Shown here piece after piece: positions 10,410 through 18,405 of a stretch of DNA of 64,000 bases (position 1 is its first letter; every line of letters begins with the position of its first letter). Below the pieces are notes generated by a model that saw only the letters and a program-made list of their open reading frames with translations, was not told where the DNA came from and did not search any database. Source of the stretch: an uncultured Lachnospiraceae bacterium (GTDB lineage Bacteria; Bacillota; Clostridia; Lachnospirales; Lachnospiraceae); the NCBI GenBank assembly GCA_902779355.1, contig CACZBF010000002.1:9633-73632 (forward strand), given 5' to 3'. The position numbers and the translations under genes are program-made.

Positions 10410-11327
10410 TTACTTCTCCTCCTTCTTGAATGTACCGGTCGCCACGAGCTGCACCATATTGATGCCAAGTGCTACCACAAGCAATACCAGTCCGACCGCG
10501 GATGCATATCCCATCTGGTTCTTCTCGATACCGCGTTTGTACAGATACCCGACGATGGTAAGACCGATGTTCTTCGGCGAGGAGTTTCCCGCCCATAACA
10601 TGAAGCTTTCCAGGAACATGGCAAGACCCGCATACACGGAGATGGTCAGCACGTAGATGATGGTGGGCTTCAAAAGGGGCACTGTCACATAACGGAATTT
10701 CTGCCAGCCAGATGCGCCGTCGATATCTGCCGATTCGTAAAGAGCCGGGTCTATATTTTTCAGTCCCGACAGGAAATACAGCATGTTCACGCCTGTCCAT
10801 CTCCAGCAGCACAGCAGCAGAAGCGCGAAGTACGCGGTCGGGTACATTTTCAGCCATTTGATGGGTGCCTGCCCGAAAAAGTCAAGCACCTGATTCATAA
10901 AACCGGTTTTATACTCAGAAAACATCAGCCGGAACAAGGTACCGGAGATGACGACCGAGGTCAGTGCCGGGATGTAAAGGATCGCTTTCCAGACACCCTT
11001 TGCCTTGACAAGATTGCTGTCGATCAACACGGCCCAGAGCATCGGGAACGGGATCAAAAAGACCAGTGTCAGAACCATGTACAGAACGGAGTTGCCGACT
11101 GCCTGATGAAAAACGGTGTCTTTTGCCAGCTTCGCGTAATTGCTGAACCCGACCCACTCCGCGCCACTGGGCTTGATATTCTGAAAGCTCATGGTCACGG
11201 TGCTTATCATCGGATAGATCCAGAAAATGGCAAAGCTGAGAATGAACGGCAGTACAAAAACGTACGGCGCCGTTTTCTGAGAGTATAAAAATCGCGTAAA
11301 GAAATTGCCAGATTTTGTCTTTTTCAC
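10410..11327 (-). CDS. carbohydrate ABC transporter permease (MalF/AraP-like)
   Basis: GTG start at 11327. EAA loop YESADIDGASGWQKFRYVTVPLLKP. Its stop is 1 nt before the next permease gene. Confidence 0.85.
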   Translation of the reverse strand: MKKTKSGNFFTRFLYSQKTAPYVFVLPFILSFAIFWIYPMISTVTMSFQNIKPSGAEWVGFSNYAKLAKDTVFHQAVGNSVLYMVLTLVFLIPFPMLWAVLIDSNLVKAKGVWKAILYIPALTSVVISGTLFRLMFSEYKTGFMNQVLDFFGQAPIKWLKMYPTAYFALLLLCCWRWTGVNMLYFLSGLKNIDPALYESADIDGASGWQKFRYVTVPLLKPTIIYVLTISVYAGLAMFLESFMLWAGNSSPKNIGLTIVGYLYKRGIEKNQMGYASAVGLVLLVVALGINMVQLVATGTFKKEEK

Positions 11328-11344
11328 TTTCCCAACCCCTTTTT

Positions 11345-11376
11345 GAAAATAGGGGCTGCAACAGGGCAGCCCCTAT
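11345..11376 (-). terminator. intra-operon hairpin after the binding-protein gene (partial terminator/attenuator)
   Basis: ATAGGGGCTGC-N6-GCAGCCCCTAT followed by TTTCAAAAA on the minus strand, between the binding-protein stop (11409) and the permease start (11327). Confidence 0.45.
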
Positions 11377-11408
11377 GAATCTGAGTCACAAGTTCAGTGT
11401 CTCAAGCA

Positions 11409-12857
11409 TTACTGCTCCAGATCGACCGCATCCTGGAGCTCCTGCAGAGCCTCATCAACATCCATACCCTGCTCCAGAACCTCGTTTGCGGTGGTGGTGC
11501 AGAAGTAATCGTTGATCGTCGGGCTGATAGCTACCACGGAGATCTTGCCGATACCATCTTTCACCTTGTTCAGGACATCATACGGATAGTTGCGGAAGAA
11601 CTGATTGTACTGGTTGCTGTCGTCATGTGCAAATGCGTCATCAGTCCAAAGAGCGGTGTTGCAAACGTCAAATCCGAGATTCTCCCAGATGTAGTTCTCA
11701 CCTTCCTCACCCATCTTCGCCCAACAGACGAATTCTGCTGCAAGCTCCTGTGCGTCGGACTGATCCGTTACAACCGTACCGGTACCGCCGATACCTACGG
11801 AATGACCCTGACTCTTGTCAAATACCGGGCAGGGAGCCAGATACCAGTTGCCTTTTTCTTCCGGCATGTAGTTCAGGAAACGGCTCATGTACCAGGCTGC
11901 CTTCGGGAAGGAAACGATGTTGTGGTCCAGAATGTTCTGGAAACCCGCCTCCAGGTCAACGTGTCCGTCGGGAGAGATCTCAGCCAGCCCGCTGTTCAGC
12001 CAATCCTGCTGCATGGTCAGCATTTTCTTTACGGAATCAAGCTGCACATTCGCCGGTCCTTCAAAGCCGCCGGTCCAGTCTTCGCCGTACTCAGCCATTG
12101 CAAGCCACATCCAGTCCGTGCCGCCCGTATCTACGGAGGTCCAGTACTTGCCTTCTGCATGATCGATACCGTCAAGATATCTCTCGCCCAGGGCTACATA
12201 GTCATCCCAGGTCTCCACTGCGTCGATATCTGCCTGGGTAAGTCCTGCTTTTTCCATCTCGCCAAGATTGTAATACATCAAGGTCGCACCTACATGGAAA
12301 GGAGCGCCGTAGTAGTTGCCGTCTGCACCTGCATAAGTATCAAGACGGGATTTTACCATGGTAGCTTCGTAAGGTGCCACATAATCATTTAAGGGAACCA
12401 GTCCTTCATCTTCGTATGCTACCACGTTCGGGAACTGACCGACTTCTACATCGCAGATATCCGGTGCGCCGGTTCCGGTCTGCAGGCTCATGATCATCTT
12501 CTGATGCATATCGCCGTACGGATAAGTCACTGTGGTGAGCTTGATCTGTTTGTCCGGATTCTCTGCGTTCCACTTGTCGCACATATCACGGTAGAACGTA
12601 CCATGTAATTCTACGAATGTCCAAAGCTCAAGGGGTGTACCGTCTTCCGGTCCCGTGGTATCGGTCACGGCCTCAACCTCTTCTGCCGCTTCTCCGCCTT
12701 CCGCTTCCGCAACCTCAGTAGCAGCTTCCTCCGCTGCATCTACTGCTGCATCCCCTGCTCCTGCTGCTGCTCCCCCGGCACTTGCACCGCCACAGCCTGC
12801 GAGAAGACTTGCTGCCATCGTTCCGCAAAGCAGAACACTGACTAATTTCTTCTTCAT
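11409..12857 (-). CDS. extracellular solute-binding lipoprotein (CUT1 family), probable arabino-oligosaccharide binding protein
   Basis: MKKKLVSVLLCGTMAASLLAGCGG lipobox, AGGAGGAAGG SD, an Ala/Gly/Glu-rich linker, then a family-1 binding-protein body. First gene of the ABC operon. Confidence 0.9.
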   Translation of the reverse strand: MKKKLVSVLLCGTMAASLLAGCGGASAGGAAAGAGDAAVDAAEEAATEVAEAEGGEAAEEVEAVTDTTGPEDGTPLELWTFVELHGTFYRDMCDKWNAENPDKQIKLTTVTYPYGDMHQKMIMSLQTGTGAPDICDVEVGQFPNVVAYEDEGLVPLNDYVAPYEATMVKSRLDTYAGADGNYYGAPFHVGATLMYYNLGEMEKAGLTQADIDAVETWDDYVALGERYLDGIDHAEGKYWTSVDTGGTDWMWLAMAEYGEDWTGGFEGPANVQLDSVKKMLTMQQDWLNSGLAEISPDGHVDLEAGFQNILDHNIVSFPKAAWYMSRFLNYMPEEKGNWYLAPCPVFDKSQGHSVGIGGTGTVVTDQSDAQELAAEFVCWAKMGEEGENYIWENLGFDVCNTALWTDDAFAHDDSNQYNQFFRNYPYDVLNKVKDGIGKISVVAISPTINDYFCTTTANEVLEQGMDVDEALQELQDAVDLEQ

Positions 12858-12916
12858 TGTCCTTCCTCCTATTTTGTGCTTCGTTAACAGGTTTGAGATT
12901 TGCATCTCTGATTCGT

Positions 12917-12945
12917 ATCATATCGGAGGTATTTTAGAATGTCAA
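12917..12945 (-). promoter_or_regulatory. sigma-A-type promoter for the arabinan ABC/GH operon (TTGACA-17-TATGAT)
   Basis: Minus strand reads TTGACA (12945-12940), a 17-nt spacer, then TATGAT (12922-17), about 60 nt upstream of ATG 12857. A second TTGACA-18-TAAAAT lies at 12988-12959. Confidence 0.45.
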
Positions 12946-13026
12946 TAATTATTTTAGTATTTTATGAAATAATTTAGTTTTTTGTCAATTTCTATAAAAA
13001 ACAGCCATGTCTTTTGTGATATTTAC

Positions 13027-13040
13027 CTAAAACGTTTTCG
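13027..13040. promoter_or_regulatory. cre-like box (CTAAAACGTTTTCG)
   Basis: Shares the AAAACGTTTTCGT core with the two boxes at 37842 and 37880. Lies in the divergent arabinan control region. Confidence 0.35.
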
Positions 13041-13092
13041 TAAACCCCTTGTTTTCCGTCCTTTTGTTAATATTTTGACAATCGTTTTGGGG

Positions 13093-13132
13093 CAATCTGA
13101 ATCGTTTTAGACTTTTCTAAACATTCAGATTG
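13093..13132. promoter_or_regulatory. about 40-bp imperfect palindrome, candidate operator of the ArsR-type regulator
   Basis: CAATCTGAATCGTTTTAGAC / TTTTCTAAACATTCAGATTG. The outer 10 bp are perfectly inverted and the inner arms match with 1-2 indels. It overlaps the -35 of the regulator promoter. Confidence 0.4.
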
Positions 13133-13157
13133 ACGTTTTTTTCTTTTATGTTATACT
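13130..13157 (+). promoter_or_regulatory. sigma-A-type promoter with extended -10 for the ArsR-type regulator gene
   Basis: TTGACG (13130-35), 16-nt spacer, TGtTATACT (-10 at 13152-57), about 110 nt upstream of ATG 13270. Confidence 0.5.
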
Positions 13158-13269
13158 GAATTAGTAAACACTTGTCTAAAGAATATATTTCAATCACCGC
13201 AACCCATCCGGTCATTCCGGTGGATGAAATATCTTCTTTATGATCCAAAAGGAAAGGAGTTTCTTCTCT

Positions 13270-14184
13270 ATGTTGCATATCGAAAACCTGGAAGACGGAC
13301 TGGAACTGTTCAAGTCCCTGGGTTCAGAGGTGCGGGTCGAGATCATACGCCAGCTTCTGCAGCATCCGGGCATGAACATGAACGAGCTGGCAGGACGGCT
13401 GAAAATCACAAACGGCGCCCTGACTTCCCATATCAAGAAGCTGGAGTCCTGCGGCATTGTCAAGACCAGCAGCGAGACCGCAAGCCACGGCAATCAAAAG
13501 ATCTGTTCCGTCCATGTGGACAAGATCCTGATCGACCTGATGCCCGGCTCACCGGTGGATGATCTTTATCAGGCCTCCATCAAAGTCGGACATTATTCCA
13601 ATCATGAGGTGTACCCCACCTGCGGGCTCGCCACGGCAGAGTCCATGGTCGGTGAAGTGGATGACCCCCGTTACTTTTCTCATCCGGACCGGTACAACGC
13701 GGACATTCTCTGGTTCACCCGCGGGTTTGTGGAATACGACATTCCGAACTTTATCCCCCCGAATCAGCAGATCACGGAGTTGATGATCGAAATGGAGATC
13801 TCCTCGGAAGCCCCGGGCGTGAACAACAACTGGCCAAGTGACATCCGTTTCTATCTGAACGGACAGAATGTAGGGGAATGGACATCCCCCGGAGACTTCG
13901 GAGATGTGCAGGGGATCTTCACGCCCGACTGGTGGTATCCGAACTGGAATCAATACGGTCTCTTAAAGCTTCTGGTGGTCAACCGCAACGGTACCTTCAT
14001 CGACGGCCGTCAGATCTCCGGGGTCACGACCACTGATCTCGCTCTGACGAGTACCAGCCAGATCAAATTCCGTCTTGCTGTGGAGGAAGACGCGGCACAC
14101 GTGGGAGGACTTACCATCTTCGGAAAGACCTTCGGCAACTACGCACAGGACATCGCTGTGCGGATCGGTTACATGCCGCAGTGA
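13270..14184 (+). CDS. ArsR-type winged-HTH transcriptional regulator with a ~220-aa C-terminal domain of unknown function
   Basis: ATG 10 nt after AAAGGAAAGGAG. N-terminal HTH LFKSLGSEVRVEIIRQLLQHPGMNMNELAGRLKITNGALTSHIKKLESCGIV. The C-terminal beta-rich region contains WWYPNWNQYG. Divergent from the arabinan operon. Confidence 0.8.
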   Translation: MLHIENLEDGLELFKSLGSEVRVEIIRQLLQHPGMNMNELAGRLKITNGALTSHIKKLESCGIVKTSSETASHGNQKICSVHVDKILIDLMPGSPVDDLYQASIKVGHYSNHEVYPTCGLATAESMVGEVDDPRYFSHPDRYNADILWFTRGFVEYDIPNFIPPNQQITELMIEMEISSEAPGVNNNWPSDIRFYLNGQNVGEWTSPGDFGDVQGIFTPDWWYPNWNQYGLLKLLVVNRNGTFIDGRQISGVTTTDLALTSTSQIKFRLAVEEDAAHVGGLTIFGKTFGNYAQDIAVRIGYMPQ

Positions 14185-14232
14185 TTCTAAGGTAACCGCA
14201 TATCATTCGTTCTTTGTATGAAAGGAATCGCC

Positions 14233-15891
14233 ATGCAAAAAAGACATCTTCTGCTTCCCGGTATCATGACTTTCATCATGCTTGCAGGCTGCGGCAATCC
14301 AGACGCAGCTGCCTCCGGCTCTGCACCGGCGGCGTCTCCCGCATCTGAAGCGACACCTCCCTCATCTGAAGCGGTTGCATCCGCTTCCCAGGTTGTGCCG
14401 GAAGATGTGATTCTGGAAAAGAGTCCTTACGGAAACCCCATCATCCGGCTCACGGATGAAAAGGGAGACCGCATCTACGGCGGGGACCCGGCCGTCTATG
14501 TGGACGGTGATACCGTCTATCTCTATACCGGCCATGATATGTCCACGGATGTCGAAGTATCCGAGGCGGCCTATCATATCCCGGAGTATTTCTGCTACTC
14601 TTCCAAGGATCTTTTGACCTGGACGCCGGAAGGGGTTGTGATGAACATGAGAGACGTTTCCTGGGCGAAGGATCACATCAGCGCCTGGGCCAGCCAGGTC
14701 ACCAGGCACACGGATCCCGATTCCGGAAAGGATCTTTATTATCTCTACTTCTGCTCCTGGGATAAGACAGGGGGTGGAAAGCAGTCCATCGGTGTAGCGG
14801 TTTCGGAAAGTCCAACCGGACCTTTCACGGATATCGGCGCGCCGCTTGTCATGGGCGTGATCACGAAACCCCAGACCTCCGCCTGGAACGATATCGACCC
14901 GACCGTATTTGTGGACACGGACGAAAATGGCGAGGAGCACCGCTATCTCGCCTGGGGAAATGCGATCTTTTATCTGTGTGAATTGAATCCGGACATGATC
15001 TCCGTCAAAGATCAGAACGGAGACGGCAAGATCACCTGCGGCCACAACCTGGAAGACGCCGATATCATGAGCAACAACAAAGGGCTGCTCTCCTACACAG
15101 AGGCACCGTGGCTCTATCGCAGGACGGATGAAAACGGCAACTGCACCGGCGATACCTATCTTTTCTACGCTTCCGAATGGCGAGAGTCCATGGCTTATTC
15201 CAGAACCAAAGATCTCAGGAGCGGCGTCTGGGAATACTCTCAGATCTTCATGCTCCCCACCGCCACCTGCAACACCAATCATGAGGCGATCTTTGATTTT
15301 CAGGGCAAAACCTACATGATGTATCACGACGGCGCGCTGCCGGGCGGCAATGGTTATCGCCGCAGTGCCTGCCTCCAGGAGCTTGTCTGGAATGACGACG
15401 GCACGATCTCCATGATGGAGGAATCCGCATCCGGCCTCACCGGCACGATCTCAACCATCACGGCCGCAGACGGCACACCGCTCTCTCATACGCATGTCGA
15501 CAACTCCTCTTCAGATGATGTCTATCCCTATACGGATATCGCCGTCGGCACTGCTCTCTCGGATGCCGAAAAAGATGCGCAATGGGTGATCGTCGCAGGA
15601 AAAAGCGACGAAGACGATCCCGCCCTTGTTTCCATTCAAGCGGAAAACAAGACCGGTCTTTTCCTGACCGCAAACGAGGACGGCTCTGTCACGCTCGCAC
15701 AGGATACGGACGGCAAAGCAGAGACTGCCGCCGCGCAGACCTTCCGCAGTGTCACCGGCTTAAACGGCGATCCCGACGCAGTCTCGTTCCGAAGTGTCAC
15801 AGATCCGGCCAAATATCTCACCGTCACAGACAGTATCCTGACCCTGACCGACGGATCAGATCCTGCCGGCACATCGTTTGTTGTGGATTAA
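14233..15891 (+). CDS. GH43 glycoside hydrolase lipoprotein with C-terminal CBM42 (AbfB-type arabinose-binding) module
   Basis: ATG 14233 has AAAGGA 6 nt upstream; ATG 14218 has no SD. Lipobox IMLAGCGN. GH43 blocks GGDPAVYVDGDTVYLY, WASQV, DIDPTVFVDTD, EAPWLY. The C-terminus VSFRSVTDPAKYLTV is CBM42-like. Confidence 0.85.
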   Translation: MQKRHLLLPGIMTFIMLAGCGNPDAAASGSAPAASPASEATPPSSEAVASASQVVPEDVILEKSPYGNPIIRLTDEKGDRIYGGDPAVYVDGDTVYLYTGHDMSTDVEVSEAAYHIPEYFCYSSKDLLTWTPEGVVMNMRDVSWAKDHISAWASQVTRHTDPDSGKDLYYLYFCSWDKTGGGKQSIGVAVSESPTGPFTDIGAPLVMGVITKPQTSAWNDIDPTVFVDTDENGEEHRYLAWGNAIFYLCELNPDMISVKDQNGDGKITCGHNLEDADIMSNNKGLLSYTEAPWLYRRTDENGNCTGDTYLFYASEWRESMAYSRTKDLRSGVWEYSQIFMLPTATCNTNHEAIFDFQGKTYMMYHDGALPGGNGYRRSACLQELVWNDDGTISMMEESASGLTGTISTITAADGTPLSHTHVDNSSSDDVYPYTDIAVGTALSDAEKDAQWVIVAGKSDEDDPALVSIQAENKTGLFLTANEDGSVTLAQDTDGKAETAAAQTFRSVTGLNGDPDAVSFRSVTDPAKYLTVTDSILTLTDGSDPAGTSFVVD

Positions 15892-15935
15892 GTGAAAAAG
15901 ATTCTCGATCTTCATTTAAGCGCAGCCTTCATTTT

Positions 15936-15964
15936 TTGACAGGTTCTGCCGATATAGATAATGG
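15936..15964 (+). promoter_or_regulatory. candidate promoter for the acidic coiled-coil gene
   Basis: TTGACA at 15936-41 followed 15-17 nt later by GATAAT/ATAATG (15957-63), about 95 nt upstream of ATG 16057. Confidence 0.3.
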
Positions 15965-16056
15965 AATACTATCTTTGTGCACGGAAGCGCAAAGGAATTG
16001 TGAGGCGATGCTTACTGAAAGTGGCATCGGATGCCGAATGCCAAGGAGGGCGCGCA

Positions 16057-17046
16057 ATGAATCTGTCAGTTCGACCATCTTTTCTGCAAGGAAATCAATC
16101 TGCTGCCAAGGGAATGACCGGGCAAAACGCGACATTGTTCACGCGTAACGGTTCTGTACATCTGTCCGGCGCCGGCATTGATCCCGCAAAACAATCTGAT
16201 CCGCACGAGGCCGCAAGGCAGTCCGCATTTGCGAGACGCCTGCGTCTGGCTGCGGAGGAGGCGAATCAGATGAAGCCGGCAGCGAAGACCTCGTCCAAAA
16301 AGGATTCCAAAACAACACCCAAAAAGAAGCTCATCTACAATTTTAAGGAGATCTCTGCGCAGATCTTTCGCGCGAAGAATTCTGTTTCTGCCGGGAAAGC
16401 TGTCTTTCAGGCAAAGCGCAAGGTCGTGGAGTTAAAGAAAAAACTTGCTTCCAAAGATGTCGATGCAGAAGAACTGTCGATTGCGCTCACGCATGCGAAA
16501 CGGATGGAGCTTGCGGCGCGGCGGAAGCAACGACATCTCGAGATCGAGGAATATGCCAAGAACCATCTGGACACGGAGGAAAAAAAGAGCGGATACGAAG
16601 ATGCGGCTTCTACGCTTCTGTCCGAGGCTGAAGAACGACTCGTTGAAGGGCAGGAAGAAGTGCTGGCGGAATCAGAAGAAGAACGGAAAGCAATGGCTGA
16701 AGAGCAATCAGAGCTGCTTTCTGAAGAGCTGTCAGAAGAAATGCAGGAAGAACTACAAGCTCTTCTTGGCGACGCCGAGGAAGAAGCCATGGCAATGCTG
16801 GAAGAAACGCTTGCGCAGATCGAGGGGCTTGAGATGGCCTCTCCCAACATGAGCGAAGAAGCGTTCAAAGAAATGCTACAAAAGCACCGCCACTCGGAGC
16901 AGAAAGAAATCCTGCGCGCCGACATGGATTACCTGAAAAACATGATCTCTTATCTGTATGAAAAAGGAGAAACAGAAAACTGCTTCACGACACCCTCTTC
17001 GGCGCCGCAAAGCAGCTTTGTCTGCACAGTTTCGTTTGAGGGGTAG
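16057..17046 (+). CDS. hypothetical acidic coiled-coil protein (329 aa)
   Basis: ATG 6 nt after AAGGAGGG. Basic N-terminal third (KKDSKTTPKKK), then a very Glu-rich helical region (EEERKAMAEEQSELLSEELSEEMQEELQALLGDAEEEAMAMLEE). I recognise no family. Confidence 0.6.
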   Translation: MNLSVRPSFLQGNQSAAKGMTGQNATLFTRNGSVHLSGAGIDPAKQSDPHEAARQSAFARRLRLAAEEANQMKPAAKTSSKKDSKTTPKKKLIYNFKEISAQIFRAKNSVSAGKAVFQAKRKVVELKKKLASKDVDAEELSIALTHAKRMELAARRKQRHLEIEEYAKNHLDTEEKKSGYEDAASTLLSEAEERLVEGQEEVLAESEEERKAMAEEQSELLSEELSEEMQEELQALLGDAEEEAMAMLEETLAQIEGLEMASPNMSEEAFKEMLQKHRHSEQKEILRADMDYLKNMISYLYEKGETENCFTTPSSAPQSSFVCTVSFEG

Positions 17047-17053
17047 CGCGATA

Positions 17054-17434
17054 CTACTCCACCACCGCAATCGCTTCGATCTCCACCAATGCCCCCTTCG
17101 GGATCGCTGCGGCCTGGAACGCCGCACGCGCCGGATAAGGCTCCGTAAAGAACTCCGCATAGACTTCGTTCATCGCTGTGAAATTTGCGATATCGGAAAG
17201 CAGCACGGTCGTCTTGACCACATCAGACATCTTTGCCCCTGCAGCGGCAAGGATGTTTTTGATATTGGTCAGGCTCTGTCTGGTCTGCGTTGCGATATCC
17301 GCTCCCGCGAACTCTCCCGTCACCGGATCGATCGGGATCTGCCCCGATACATAGATTGTATTGCCGCTTCGGATCGCCTGCGAATACGGGCCGATCGCCG
17401 CCGGCGCATCCTTGGTACTGACTGCCTGATTCAT
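17054..17434 (-). CDS. ridA: RidA-family reactive enamine/imine deaminase
   Basis: MNQAVSTKDAPAAIGPYSQAIRSGNTIYVSGQIPIDPVTGE...ARAAFQAAAIPKGALVEIEAIA is canonical YjgF/RidA. SD AAGGAGA. Confidence 0.9.
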   Translation of the reverse strand: MNQAVSTKDAPAAIGPYSQAIRSGNTIYVSGQIPIDPVTGEFAGADIATQTRQSLTNIKNILAAAGAKMSDVVKTTVLLSDIANFTAMNEVYAEFFTEPYPARAAFQAAAIPKGALVEIEAIAVVE

Positions 17435-17447
17435 CCTGTTCTCCTTT

Positions 17448-17702
17448 TTACCATTTCTTCTTCGGACAGCGGTTTGCCGCCACGTAAGCGCGGATCTCCA
17501 CATAGCACCCGCATGCCTCGCAGGTCGCTTCGGAAAGCTTTTCGCACGCCCGGCATACGGCGAGGCGCTCCTCATAAAGCGCCTCACTCGCCCGATCCTG
17601 CGGTTTGATCACCGCAAGATACTTTTGCAAATCCTTCTGGTCTTCCGCGGCCAGATCCCGCAGAAGACATTGTTTGCAAATCCTGACCGGCTTTTCTTCC
17701 AT
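17448..17702 (-). CDS. small Cys-rich protein (84 aa; CxxC x3 plus two further Cys), DUF6171-like
   Basis: ATG 17702 with an AAGGA SD overlapping the araD stop. Sequence MEEKPVRICKQCLLRD...AVCRACEKLSEATCEACGCYVE...NRCPKKKW. The family name is from memory and not certain. Confidence 0.6.
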   Translation of the reverse strand: MEEKPVRICKQCLLRDLAAEDQKDLQKYLAVIKPQDRASEALYEERLAVCRACEKLSEATCEACGCYVEIRAYVAANRCPKKKW

Positions 17703-17709
17703 GTAGTCC

Positions 17710-18402
17710 TTACTGTCCGTAGTATGCATTTGCTCCGTGTTTCCGGTAGAAATGCTTTTCCTTGATGTTGTCCGGCGCCGGCTTCACGTTCGGGTTCAGC
17801 GCCTCCGTGTTGCGTGCCATCTTTGCGACTTCTTCGAGCACCACCGCGTTGTGGACGGCTTCTGCCGCATCCTTCCCCCAGGTAAAGGGGCCATGGTTCT
17901 GGCAGAGCACTGCCGGTGTGTACTGCGGTTGGATGCCGCGGTTCTCAAACGTCTCGATGATTACAAGGCCGGTATTCTTCTCATAAGCCTCGTTGATCTC
18001 CTCCGTCGTCAGATTGCGCGCGCAGGGGATCGGTCCGAGGAAATAGTCCGCGTGTGTCGTTCCGTAAAGCGGGATGTCACGCCCCGCCTGCGCCCAGGCA
18101 ACCGCCTCCGGAGAATGGGTATGCACAATGCCGCCGATCACATCGTACTTTTTGTAAAGTTCGATGTGGGTCGCCGTATCACTGGAGGGTTTGTACTTTC
18201 CCTCAATGCGATTCCCTTCAAGATCCATCACCACCATATCTTCCGGCGTCAGCTTATCGTAGTCCACGCCGCTCGGTTTGATCACGAAATACCCGCTCTC
18301 CCGGTCGATCCCGGACACATTGCCCCAGGTATAGGTGATGAGGCCGCGCTTCGGCAGCTCCATATTTGCTTCATAGACATCTTTTTTTAATTGCTCCAGC
18401 AT
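17710..18402 (-). CDS. araD: L-ribulose-5-phosphate 4-epimerase
   Basis: Class II aldolase/epimerase pattern: [35 protein letters not shown]...[18 protein letters not shown]...YGTTHADYF. Confidence 0.95.
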   Translation of the reverse strand: MLEQLKKDVYEANMELPKRGLITYTWGNVSGIDRESGYFVIKPSGVDYDKLTPEDMVVMDLEGNRIEGKYKPSSDTATHIELYKKYDVIGGIVHTHSPEAVAWAQAGRDIPLYGTTHADYFLGPIPCARNLTTEEINEAYEKNTGLVIIETFENRGIQPQYTPAVLCQNHGPFTWGKDAAEAVHNAVVLEEVAKMARNTEALNPNVKPAPDNIKEKHFYRKHGANAYYGQ

Positions 18403-18405
18403 CTC

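Noticed and set aside
12906-13240. The 0.4-kb AT-rich intergenic region might hold a small RNA, a riboswitch or an invertible promoter
   Set aside because: Its content is explained by divergent promoters, a cre-like box and an operator palindrome. There are no long flanking inverted repeats and no conserved riboswitch-like stems recognisable by eye.
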